DNA of 64,000 nt from Heterodontus francisci. Its lineage: Eukaryota. Under the pieces are notes generated by a model. That model saw nothing but the letters and a program-made list of their open reading frames with translations. It was not told where the DNA came from and made no database searches. Location of the stretch: assembly GCF_036365525.1 (NCBI RefSeq), contig NC_090399.1, positions 53,910,430 to 53,974,429 on the forward strand, in the 5' to 3' direction. Positions 34,830 through 47,400 of the stretch are shown here, piece after piece. The translations under genes were made by a program, and so were the position numbers. Within the stretch, counting starts at the first letter, position 1. The number at the start of each line of letters is the position of its first letter.

Positions 34830-37800
34830 AACAGGGGAGTGTGGAGCGGAGGGAAGGGTGGGGCTGATCGGGTACATGGAGGAACAGGGGAGTGTGGAGT
34901 GGAGGGAAGGGTGGGGCTGATTGGGTACAGAGAGGAACAGGGGAGTGTGGAGTGGAGGGAAGGGTGGGGCTGATCGGGTACAAAGAGGAACAGGGGAGTG
35001 TGGAGTTTAGGGAAGGGTGGGGCTGATCGGGTACATGGAGGAACAGGGGAGTGTGGAGTGGAGGGAAGGGTGGGGCTGATCGGGTACATAGAGGAACAGG
35101 GGAGTGTGGAGTGGAGGGAAGGGTGGGGCTGATCGGGTACATGGAGGAACAGGGGAGTGTGGAGTGGAGTGAAGGGTGGGGCTGATCGGGTACAAAGAGG
35201 AACAGGGGAGTGTGGAGTCGAGGGAAGGGTGGGGCTGATCGGGTACATAGAGGAACAGGGGAGTGTGGAGTGGAGGGAAGGGTGGAGCTGATCGGGTACA
35301 TAGAGGAACAGGGGAGTGTGGAGAGGAGGGAAGGGTGGGGCTGATCGGGTACATAGAGGAACAGGGGAGTGTGGAGCGGAGAGAAGGGTGGGGCTGATCG
35401 GGTACATAGAGGAACAGGGGAGTGTGGAGTGGAGGGAAGGGTGGGGCTGATCGGGTACATGGAGGAACAGGGGAGTGTGGAGTGGAGGGAAGGGTGGGGC
35501 GGATCGGGTACATGGAGGAACAGGGGAGTGTGGAGCGGAGGGAAGGGTGGGGCTGTTCGGGTACATGGAGGAACAGGGGAGTGTGGAGTGGAGGGAAGGG
35601 TGGGGCTGATCGGGTACATAGAGGAACAGGGGAGTGTGGAGTGGAGGGAAGGGTGGGGCTGATTGGGTACATGGAGGAACAGGGGAGTGTGGAGTGGAGG
35701 GAAGGGTGGTGCTGATTGGGTACATAGAGGAGCAGGGGAGTGTGGAGTGGAGGGAAGGGTGGGGCTGATCGGGTACAAAGAGGAACAGGGGAGTGTGGAG
35801 TGGAGGGAAGGGTGGGGCTGATCGGGTACATGGAGGAACAGGGGAGTGTGTAGTGGAGGGAAGGGTGGGGCTGATCGGGTACATAGAGGAACAGGGGAGT
35901 GTGGAGTGGAGGGAAGGGTGGGGCTGATCGGGTACATAGAGGAACAGGGGAGTGTGGAGCGGAGGGAAGGGTGGGGCTGATCGGGTACATGGTGGAACAG
36001 GGGAGTGTGGAGTGGAGGGAAGGGTGGGGCTGATCGGGTACATAGAGGAACAGGGGAGTGTGGAGTGGAGGGAAGGGTGGGGCTGATCGGGTACATGGAG
36101 GAACAGGGGAGTGTGGAGTGGAGGGAAGGGTGGGGCTGATTGGGTACATAGAGGAGCAGGGGAGTGTGGAGTGGAGGGAAGGGTGGGGCTGATCGGGTAC
36201 AAAGAGGAACAGGGGAGTGTGGAGTGGAGGGAAGGGTGGGGCTGATCCGGTACATAGAGGAACAGGGGAGTGTGGAGTGGAGGGAAGGGTGGGGCTGATC
36301 GGGTACATAGAGGAACAGGGGAGTGTGGAGCGGAAGGAAGGGTGGGGCTGATGGGGTACATAGAGGAACAGGGGAGTGTGGAGTGGAGGGAAGGGTGGGG
36401 CTGATCGGGTACATGGAGGAACAGGGGAGTGTGGAGTGGAGGGAAGGGTGGGGCTGAGCGGGTACATGGAGGAACAGGGGAGTGTGGAGCGGAGGGAAGG
36501 GTGGGGCTGTTCGGGTACATGGAGGAACAGGGGAGTGTGGAGTGGAGGGAAGGGTGGGGCTGATCGGGTACATGGAGGAACAGGGGAGTGTGTAGTGGAG
36601 GGAAGGGTGGGGCTGATCGGGTACATAGAGGAACAGGGGAGTGTGGAGTGGAGGGAAGGGTGGGGCTGATCGGGTACATAGAGGAACAGTGGAGTGTGGA
36701 GTGGAGGGAAGGGTGGGGCTGATCGGGTACATAGAGGAACAGGGGAGTGTGGAGTGGAGGGAAGGGTGGGGCTGATCGGGTACATGGAGGAACAGGGGAG
36801 TGTGGAGTGGAGGGAAGGGTGGGGCTGATCGGGTACATGGAGGAACAGGGGAGTGTGGAGTGGAGGGAAGGGTGGGGCTGATCGGGTACATGGAAGAACA
36901 GGGGAGTGTGGAGTGGAGGGAAGGGTGGGGCTGATCGGGTACATGGAGGAACAGGGGAGTGTGGAGTGGAGGGAAGGGTGGGACTGATCGGGTACATGGA
37001 GGAAATGGGGAGTGTGGAGTGGAGGGAAGGGTGGGGCTGATCGGGTACATGGAGGAACAGGGGAGTGTGGAGTGGAGGGAAGGGTGGGGCTGATCGGGTA
37101 CAAAGAGGAACAGGGGAGTGTGGAGTGGAGGGAAGGGTGGGGCTGATCGGGTACATGGTGGAACAGGGGAGTGTGGAGTGGAGGGAAGGGTGGGGCTGAT
37201 CGTGTACATAGAGGAACAGGGGAGTGTGGAGCGGAGGGAAGGGTGGGGCTGATCGTGTACATAAAGGAACAGGGGAGTGTGGAGCGGAGGGAAGGGTGGG
37301 GCTGATCGTGTACATAGAGGAACAGGGGAGTGTGGAGTGGAGGGAAGGGTGGGGCTGATCGGGTACATGGAGGAACAGGGGAGTGTGGAGTGGAGGGAAG
37401 GGTGGGGCTGATCGGGTACAAAGAGGAACAGGGGAGTGTGGAGTGGAGGGAAGGGTGGGGCTGGTCGGGTACATAGAGGAACAGGGGAGTGTGGAGTGGA
37501 GGGAAGGGTGGGGCTGATCGGGTACATGGAGGAACAGGGGAGTGTGGAGTGGAGGGAAGGGTGGAGCTGATCGGGTACATAGAGGAACAGGGGAGTGTGG
37601 AAGGAAGGGAAGGGTGGGGCTGATCGGGTACATGGAGGAACAGGGCAGTGTGGAGTGGAGGGAAGGGTGGGGCTGATCGGGTACATAGAGGAACAGGGGA
37701 GTGTGGAGTGGAGGGAAGGGTGGGGCTGATCGGGTACATGGAGGAACAGGGGAGTGTGGAGTGGAGGGAAGGGTGGGGCTGATCGGGTACATAGAGGAAC

Positions 37801-40800
37801 AGGGGAGTGTGGAGTGGAGGGAAGGGTGGGGCTGATCGGGTACATGGTGGAACAGGGGAGTGTGGAGTGGAGGGAAGGGTGGGGCTGATCGGGTACATGG
37901 AGGAACAGGGGAGTGTGGAGTGGAGGGAAGGGTGGGGCTGATCGGGTACAAAGAGGAACAGGGGAGTGTGGAGTGGAGGGAAGGGTGGGGCTGATCGGGT
38001 ACATGGTGGAACAGGGGAGTGTGGAGCGGAGGGAAGGGTGGGGCTGATCGGGTACATGGAGGAACAGGGGAGTGTGGAGTGGAGGGAAGGGTGGGGCTGA
38101 TCGGGTACATAGAGGAACAGGGGAGTGTGGAGTGGAGGGAAGGGTGGGGCTGATCGGGTACATGGTGGAACAGGGGAGTGTGGAGTGGAGGGAAGGGTGG
38201 GGCTGATCGGGTACATAGAGGAACAGGGGAGTGTGGAGTGGAGGGAAGGGTGGGGCTGATCGGGTACATAGAGGAACAGGGGAGTGTGGAGTGGAGGGAA
38301 GGGTGGGGCTGATCGGGTACATGGAGGAACAGGGGAGTGTGGAGTGGAGGGAAGGGTGGGGCTGATCGGGTACATGGAGGAACAGGGGAGTGTGGAGTGG
38401 AGGGAAGGGTGGGGCTGATCGGGTACATAGAGGAACAGGGGAGTGTGGAGTGGAGGGAAGGGTGGGGCTGATCGGGTACATGGAGGAACAGGGGAGTGTG
38501 GAGCGGAGGGAAGGGTGGGGCTGATCGGGTACATGGAGGAACAGGGGAGTGTGGAGTGGAGGGAAGGGTGGGGCTGATTGGGTACAGAGAGGAACAGGGG
38601 AGTGTGGAGTGGAGGGAAGGGTGGGGCTGATCGGGTACAAATAGGAACAGGGGAGTGTGGAGTTTAGGGAAGGGTGGGGCTGATCGGGTACATGGAGGAA
38701 CAGGGGAGTGTGGAGTGGAGGGAAGGGTGGGGCTGATCGGGTACATAGAGGAACAGGGGAGTGTGGAGTGGAGGGAAGGGTGGGGCTGATCGGGTACATG
38801 GAGGAACAGGGGAGTGTGGAGTGGAGTGAAGGGTGGGGCTGATCGGGTACAAAGAGGAACAGGGGAGTGTGGAGTCGAGGGAAGGGTGGGGCTGATCGGG
38901 TACATAGAGGAACAGGGGAGTGTGGAGTGGAGGGAAGGGTGGAGCTGATCGGGTACATAGAGGAACAGGGGAGTGTGGAGAGGAGGGAAGGGTGGGGCTG
39001 ATCGGGTACATAGAGGAACAGGGGAGTGTGGAGTGGAGGGAAGGGTGGGGCTGATCGGGTACATGGAGGAACAGGGGAGTGTGGAGTGGAGGGAAGGGTG
39101 GGGCGGATCGGGTACATGGAGGAACAGGGGAGTGTGGAGCGGAGGGAAGGGTGGGGCTGTTCGGGTACATGGAGGAACAGGGGAGTGTGGAGTGGAGGGA
39201 AGGGTGGGGCTGATCGGGTACATAGAGGAACAGGGGAGTGTGGAGTGGAGGGAAGGGTGGGGCTGATTGGGTACATGGAGGAACAGGGGAGTGTGGAGTG
39301 GAGGGAAGGGTGGTGCTGATTGGGTACATAGAGGAGCAGGGGAGTGTGGAGTGGAGGGAAGGGTGGGGCTGATCGGGTACAAAGAGGAACAGGGGAGTGT
39401 GGAGTGGAGGGAAGGGTGGGGCTGATCGGGTACATGGAGGAACAGGGGAGTGTGTAGTGGAGGGAAGGGTGGGGCTGATCGGGTACATAGAGGAACAGGG
39501 GAGTGTGGAGTGGAGGGAAGGGTGGGGCTGATCGGGTACATAGAGGAACAGGGGAGTGTGGAGCGGAGGGAAGGGTGGGGCTGATCGGGTACATGGTGGA
39601 ACAGGGGAGTGTGGAGTGGAGGGAAGGGTGGGGCTGATCGGGTACATAGAGGAACAGGGGAGTGTGGAGTGGAGGGAAGGGTGGGGCTGATCGGGTACAT
39701 GGAGGAACAGGGGAGTGTGGAGTGGAGGGAAGGGTGGGGCTGATTGGGTACATAGAGGAGCAGGGGAGTGTGGAGTGGAGGGAAGGGTGGGGCTGATCGG
39801 GTACATGGAGGAACAGGGGAGTGTGGAGTGGAGGGAAGGGTGGGGCTGATCGGGTACAAAGAGGAACAGGGGAGTGTGGAGTGGAGGGAAGGGTGGGGCT
39901 GATCCGGTACATAGAGGAACAGGGGAGTGTGGAGTGGAGGGAAGGGTGGGGCTGATCGGGTACATAGAGGAACAGGGGAGTGTGGAGCGGAGGGAAGGGT
40001 GGGGCTGATCGGGTACATGGAGGAACAGGGGAGTGTGGAGTGGAGGGAAGGGTGGGGCTGAGCGGGTACATGGAGGAACAGGGGAGTGTGGAGCGGAGGG
40101 AAGGGTGGGGCTGTTCGGGTACATGGAGGAACAGGGGAGTGTGGAGTGGAGGGAAGGGTGGGGCTGATCGGGTACATGGAGGAACAGGGGAGTGTGTAGT
40201 GGAGGGAAGGGTGGGGCTGATCGGGTACATAGAGGAACAGGGGAGTGTGGAGTGGAGGGAAGGGTGGGGCTGATCGGGTACATAGAGGAACAGTGGAGTG
40301 TGGAGTGGAGGGAAGGGTGGGGCTGATCGGGTACATAGAGGAACAGGGGAGTGTGGAGTGGAGGGAAGGGTGGGGCTGATCGGGTACATGGAGGAACAGG
40401 GGAGTGTGGAGAGGAGGGAAGGGTGGGGCTGATCGGGTACATGGAGGAACAGGGGAGTGTGGAGTGGAGGGAAGGGTGGGGCTGATCGGGTACATGGAAG
40501 AACAGGGGAGTGTGGAGTGGAGGGAAGGGTGGGGCTGATCGGGTACATGGAGGAACAGGGGAGTGTGGAGTGGAGGGAAGGGTGGGACTGATCGGGTACA
40601 TGGAGGAAATGGGGAGTGTGGAGTGGAGGGAAGGGTGGGGCTGATCGGGTACATGGAGGAACAGGGGAGTGTGGAGTGGAGGAAAGGGTGGGGCTGATCG
40701 GGTACAAAGAGGAACAGGGGAGTGTGAAGTGGAGGGAAGGGTGGGGCTGATCGGGTACATGGTGGAACAGGGGAGTGTGGAGTGGAGGGAAGGGTGGGGC

Positions 40801-42050
40801 TGATCGTGTACATAGAGGAACAGGGGAGTGTGGAGCGGAGGGAAGGGTGGGGCTGATCGTGTACATAAAGGAACAGGGGAGTGTGGAGCGGAGGGAAGGG
40901 TGGGGCTGATCGTGTACATAGAGGAACAGGGGAGTGTGGAGTGGAGGGAAGGGTGGGGCTGATCGGGTACATGGAGGAACAGGGGAGTGTGGAGTGGAGG
41001 GAAGGGTGGGGCTGATCGGGTACAAAGAGGAACAGGGGAGTGTGGAGTGGAGGGAAGGGTGGGGCTGATCGGGTACATAGAGGAACAGGGGAGTGTGGAG
41101 TGGAGGGAAGGGTGGGGCTGATCGGGTACATGGAGGAACAGGGGAGTGTGGAGTGGAGGGAAGGGTGGAGCTGATCGGGTACATAGAGGAACAGGGGAGT
41201 GTGGAAGGAAGGGAAGGGTGGGGCTGATCGGGTACATGGAGGAACAGGGCAGTGTGGAGTGGAGGGAAGGGTGGGGCTGATCGGGTACATAGAGGAACAG
41301 GGGAGTGTGGAGTGGAGGGAAGGGTGGGGCTGATCGGGTACATGGAGGAACAGGGGAGTGTGGAGTGGAGGGAAGGGTGGGGCTGATCGGGTACATAGAG
41401 GAACAGGGGAGTGTGGAGTGGAGGGAAGGGTGGGGCTGATCGGGTACATGGTGGAACAGGGGAGTGTGGAGTGGAGGGAAGGGTGGGGCTGATCGGGTAC
41501 ATGGAGGAACAGGGGAGTGTGGAGTGGAGGGAAGGGTGGGGCTGATCGGGTACAAAGAGGAACAGGGGAGTGTGGAGTGGAGGGAAGGGTGGGGCTGATC
41601 GGGTACATGGTGGAACAGGGGAGTGTGGAGCGGAGGGAAGGGTGGGGCTGATCGGGTACATGGAGGAACAGGGGAGTGTGGAGTGGAGGGAAGGGTGGGG
41701 CTGATCGGGTACATAGAGGAACAGGGGAGTGTGGAGTGGAGGGAAGGGTGGGGCTGATCGGGTACATGGTGGAACAGGGGAGTGTGGAGTGGAGGGAAGG
41801 GTGGGGCTGATCGGGTACATAGAGGAACAGGGGAGTGTGGAGTGGAGGGAAGGGTGGGGCTGATCGGGTACATAGAGGAACAGGGGAGTGTGGAGTGGAG
41901 GGAAGGGTGGGGCTGATCGGGTACATGGAGGAACAGGGGAGTGTGGAGTGGAGGGAAGGGTGGGGCTGATCGGGTACATGGAGGAACAGGGGAGTGTGGA
42001 GTGGAGGGAAGGGTGGGGCTGATCGGGTACATAGAGGAACAGGGGAGTGT
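34830..42050. repeat. Higher-order tandem duplication of ~68-69 units (3604-3657 bp), slightly diverged
   Basis: Marker variants recur at offsets 3657 (35007/38664; GATTGGGTACAGAG ~34920/38577) and 3604 (35422/39026, 36376/39980); boundaries approximate. Confidence 0.8.
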
Positions 42051-44474
42051 GGAGTCGAGGGAAGGGTGGGGCTGATTGGGTACATAGAGGAGCAGGGGAG
42101 TGTGGAGTGGAGGGAAGGGTGGGGCTGATCGGGTACATGGAGGAACAGGGGAGTGTGGAGCGGAGGGAAGGGTGGGGCTGATCGGGTACATAGAGGAACA
42201 GGGGAGTGTGGAGCGGAGGGAAGGGTGGGGCTGATCGGGTACATGGAGGAACAGGGGAGTGTGGAGTGGAGGGAAGGGTGGGGCTGATCGGGTACATGGA
42301 GGAACAGGGGAGTGTGGAGCCGAGGGAAGGGTGGGGCTGATCGGGTACATAGAGGAACAGGGGAGTGTGGAGTGGAGGGAAGGGTGGGGCTGATCGGGTA
42401 CATGGAGGAACAGGGGAGTGTGGAGTGGAGGGAAGGGTGGGGCTGATTGGGTACATAGAGGAACAGGGGAGTGTGGAGTGGAGGGAAGGGTGGGGCTGAT
42501 CGGGTACATGGAGGAACAGGGGAGTGTGGAGTGGAGGGAAGGGTGGGGCCGATCGGGTAAATAGAGGAACAGGGGAGTGTGGAGTGGAGGGAAGGGTGGG
42601 GCTGATCGGGTACATGGAGGAACTTGAGAGTGTGGAGTGGAGGGAAGGGTGGGGCTGATCGGGTACATGGTGGAACAGGGGAGTGTGGAGTGGAGGGAAG
42701 GGTGGGGCTGATCGGGTACATAGAGGAGCAGGGGAGTGTGGAGTGGAGGGAAGGGTGGGGCTGATCGGGTACAAAGAGGAACAGGGGAGTGTGGAGTGGA
42801 GGGAAGGGTGGGGCTGATCGGGTACATAGAGGAACAGGGGAGTGTGGAGTGGAGGGAAGGGTGGGGCATATCGGGTACATAGAGGAACAGGGGAGTGTGG
42901 AGTGGAGGGAAGGGTGGGGCTGATCGGGTACATAGAGGAACAGGGGAGTGTGGAGCGGAGGGAAGGGTGGGGCTGATCGGGTACATAGAGGAACAGGGGA
43001 GTGTGGAGTGGAGGGAAGGGTGGGGCTGATCGGATACATAGAGGAACAGGGGAGTGTGGAGCGGAGGGAAGGGTGGGGCTGATTGGGTACATAGAGGAAC
43101 AGGGGAGTGTGGAGTGGAGGGAAGGGTGGGGCTGATCGGGTACATAGAGGAACAGGGGAGTGTGGAGTGGAGGGAAGGGTGGGGCTGATCGGGTACATAG
43201 AGGAACAGGGGAGTGTGGAGTGGATGGAAGGGTGGGGCTGATCGGGTACATGGAGGAACAGGGGAGTGTGGAGTGGAGGGAAGGGTGGGGCTGATCGGGT
43301 ACATGGAGGAACAGGGGATTGTGGAGCGGAGGGAAGGTTGGGGCTGTTCGGGTACATGGAGGAACAGGGGAGTGTGTAGTGGAGGGAAGGGTGGGGCTGA
43401 TCGGGTACATAGAGGAACAGGGGAGTGTGGAGTGGAGGGAAGGGTGGGGCTGATCGGGTACATAGAGGAACAGGGGAGTGTGGAGTGGAGGGAAGGGTGG
43501 GGCTGATCGGGTACATAGAGGAACAGGGGAGTGTGGAGTGGAGGGAAGGGTGGGGCTGATCGGGTACATGGAGGAACAGGGGAGTGTGGAGTGGAGGGAA
43601 GGGTGGGGCTGATCGGGTACATGGAGGAACAGGGGAGTGTGGAGCGGAGGGAAGGGTGGGGCTGTTCGGGTACATGGAGGAACAGGGGAGTGTGTAGTGG
43701 AGGGAAGGGTGGGGCTGATCGGGTACATAGAGGAACAGGGGAGTGTGGAGTGGAGGGAAGGGTGGGGCTGATCGGGTACATAGAGGAACAGGGGAGTGTG
43801 GAGTGGAGGGAAGGGTGGGGCTGATCGGGTACATAGAGGAACAGGGGAGTGTGGAGTGGAGGGAAGGGTGGGGCTGATCGGGTACATGGAGGAACAGGGG
43901 AGTGTGGAGTGGAGGGAAGGGTGGGGCTGATCGGGTACATAGAGGAACAGGGGAGTGTGGAGTGGAGGGAAGGGTGGGGCTGATCGGGTACATGGAGGAA
44001 CAGGGGAGTGTGGAGTGGAGGGAAGGGTGGGGCTGATCGGGTACATGGAGGAACAGGGGAGTGTGGAGTGGAGGGAAGGGTGGGACTGATCGGGTACATG
44101 GAGGAAATGGGGAGTGTGGAGTCGAGGGAAGGGTGGGGCTGATCGGGTACATGGAGGAACAGGGGAGTGTGGAGTGGAGGGAAGGGTGGGGCTGATCGGG
44201 TACAAAGAGGAACAGGGGAGTGTGGAGTGGAGGGAAGGGTGGGGCTGATCGGGTACATAGAGGAACAGGGGAGTGTGGAGTGGAGGGAAGGGTGGGGCTG
44301 ATCGGGTACATGGAGGAACAGGGGAGTGTGGAGTGGAGGGAAGGGTGGGGCTCATCGGGTACATGGAGGAACAGGGGAGTGTGGAGTGAAGGGAAGGGTG
44401 GGGCTCATCGGGTACATGGAGGAACAGGGGAGTGTGGAGTGGAGGGAAGTGTGGGGCTGATCGGGTACAAAGAG

Positions 44475-47400
44475 GAACAGGGGAGTGTGGAGTGAAGGGA
44501 AGGGTGGGGCTCATCGGGTACATGGAGGAACAGGGGAGTGTGGAGTGGAGGGAAGGGTGGGGCTGATCGGGTACAAAGAGGAACAGGGGAGTGTGGAGTG
44601 GAGGGAAGGGTGGGGCTGATCGGGTACATAGAGGAACAGGGGAGTGTGGAGTGGAGGGAAGGGTGGGGCTGATCCGGTACATGGAGGAACAGGGGAGTGT
44701 GGAGTGGAGGGAAGGGTGGGGCTGATCGGGTACATGGAGGAACAGGGGAGTTTGGAGTGGAGGGAAGGGTGGGGATGATCGGGTACATAGAGGAACAGGG
44801 GAGTGTGGAGTGAAGGGAAGGGTGGGGCTCATCGGGTACATGGAGGAACAGGGCAGTGTGGAGTGGAGGGAAGGGTGGGGCTGATCGGGTACATGGAGGA
44901 ACAGGGGAGTGTGGAGTGGAGGGAAGGGTGGGGCTGATCGGGTACAAAGAGGAACAGGGGAGTGTGGAGTGGAGGGAAGGGTTGGGCTGATCGGGTACAT
45001 GGAGGAACAGGGGATTGTGGAGTGGAGGGAAGGGTGGGGCTGATCGGGTACATGGTGGAACAGGGGAGTGTGGAGCGGAGGGAAGGGTGGGGCTGATCGG
45101 GTACATAGAGGAACAGGGGAGTGTGGAGTGGAGGGAAGGGTGGGGCTGATTGGGTACATGGAGGAACAGGGGAGTGTGGAGTAGAGGGAAGGGTGGGGCT
45201 GATCGGGTACATAGAGGAACAGGGGAGTGTGGAGTGGAGGGAAGGGTGGGGCTGATCGGGTACATGGTGGAACAGGGGAGTGTGGAGTGGAGGGAAGGGT
45301 GGGGCTGATCGGGTACATGGAGGAACAGGGGAGTGTGGAGTGGAGGGAAGGGTGGGGCTGATCGGGTACATGGAGGAACAGGGGAGTGTGGAGTGGAGGG
45401 AAGGGTGGGGCTGATCGGGTACATGGAGGAACAGGGGAGTGTGGAGTGGAGGGAAGGGTGGGGCTGATCGGGTACATGGAGGAACAGGGGAGTGTGGAGC
45501 GGAGGGAAGGGTGGGGCTGATCGGGTACATGGAGGAACAGGGGAGTGTGGAGTGGAGGGAAGGGTGGGGCTGATCGGGTACATGGAGGAACAGGGGAGTG
45601 TGGAGTGGAGGGAAGGGTGGGGCTGATCGGGTACAAAGAGGAACAGGGGAGTGTGGAGTGGAGGGAAGGGTGGGGCTGATCGGGTACATGGTGGAACAGG
45701 GGAGTGTGGAGCGGAGGGAAGGGTGGGGCTGATCGGGTACATAGAGGAACAGGGGAGTGTGGAGTGGAGGGAAGGGTGGGGCTGATCGGGTACATGGAGG
45801 AACAGGGGAGTGTGGAGTGGAGGGAAGGGTGGGGCTGATCGGGTACATGGAGGAACAGGGGAGTGTGGAGCGGAGGGAAGGGTGGGGCTTATCGGGTACA
45901 TAGAGGAACAGGGGAGTGTGGAGTGGAGGGAAGGGTGGGGCTGATCGGGTACATGGAGGAACAGGGGAGTGTGGAGTGGAGGGAAGGGTGGGGCTGATCG
46001 GGTACATGGAGGAACAGGGGAGTGTGGAGCGGAGGGAAGGGTGGGGCTGATCGGGTACATGGAGGAACAGGGGAGTGTGGAGTGGAGGGAAGGGTGGGGC
46101 TGATCGGGTACATAGAGGAACAGGGGAGTGTGGAGTTTAGGGAAGGGTGGGGCTGATCGGGTACATGGAGGAACAGGGGAGTGTGGAGTGGAGGGAAGGG
46201 TGGGGCTGATCGGGTACATGGAGGAACAGGGGAGTGTGGAGTTTAGGGAAGGGTGGGGCTGATCGGGTAAATAGAGGAACAGGGGAGTGTGGAGTGGAGG
46301 GAAGGGTGGGGCTGATCGGGTACATAGAGGAACAGGGGAGTGTGGAGTGGAGGGAAGGGTGGGGCTGATCGGGTACATAGAGGAACAGGGGAGTGTGGAG
46401 TGGAGGGAAGGGTGGGGCTGATCGGGTACATAGAGGAACAGGGGAGTGTGGAGCGGAGGGAAGGGTGGGGCTGATCAGGTACATGGAGGAACAGGGGAGT
46501 GTGTAGTGGAGGGAAGGGTGGGGCTGATCAGGTACATGGAGGAACAGGGGAGTGTGGAGTGGAGGGAAGGGTGGGGCTGATCGGGTACATAGAGGAACAG
46601 GGGAGTGTGGAGTGGAGGGAAGGGTGGGGCTGATCGGGTACATAGAGGAACAGGGGAGTGTGGAGCGGAGGGAAGGGTGGGGCTGATCAGGTACATGGAG
46701 GAACAGGGGAGTGTGTAGTGGAGGGAAGGGTGGGGCTGATCAGGTACATGGAGGAACAGGGGAGTGTGGAGTGGAGGGAAGGGTGGGGCTGATCGGGTAC
46801 ATAGAGGAACAGGGGAGTGTGGAGTGGAGGGAAGGGTGGGGCTGATCGGGTACATGGAGGAACAGGGGAGTGTGGAGTGGAGGGAAGGGTGGGGCTGATC
46901 GGGTACAAAGAGGAACAGGGGAGTGTGGAGTTTAGGGAAGGGTGGGGCTGATCGGGTACATCGAGGAACAGGGGAGTGTGGAGTGGAGGGAAGGGTGGGG
47001 CTGATCGGGTACATCGAGGAACAGGGGAGTGTGGAGTGGAGGGAAGGGTGGGGCTGATCGGGTACATAGAGGATCAGGGGAGTGTGGAGTTTAGGGAAGG
47101 GTGGGGCTGATCGGGTACATCGAGGAACAGGGGAGTGTGGAGTGGAGGGAAGGGTGGGGCTGATCGGGTACATGGAGGAACAGGGGAGTGTGGAGTGGAG
47201 GGAAGGGTGGGGCTGATCGGGTACATGGAGGAACAGGGGAGTGTGGAGCGGAGGGAAGGGTGGGGCTTATCGGGTACATAGAGGAACAGGGGAGTGTGGA
47301 GTGGAGGGAAGGGTGGGGCTGATCGGGTACATGGAGGAACAGGGGAGTGTGGAGCGGAGGGAAGGGTGGGGCTGATCGGGTACATGGAGGAACAGGGGAG

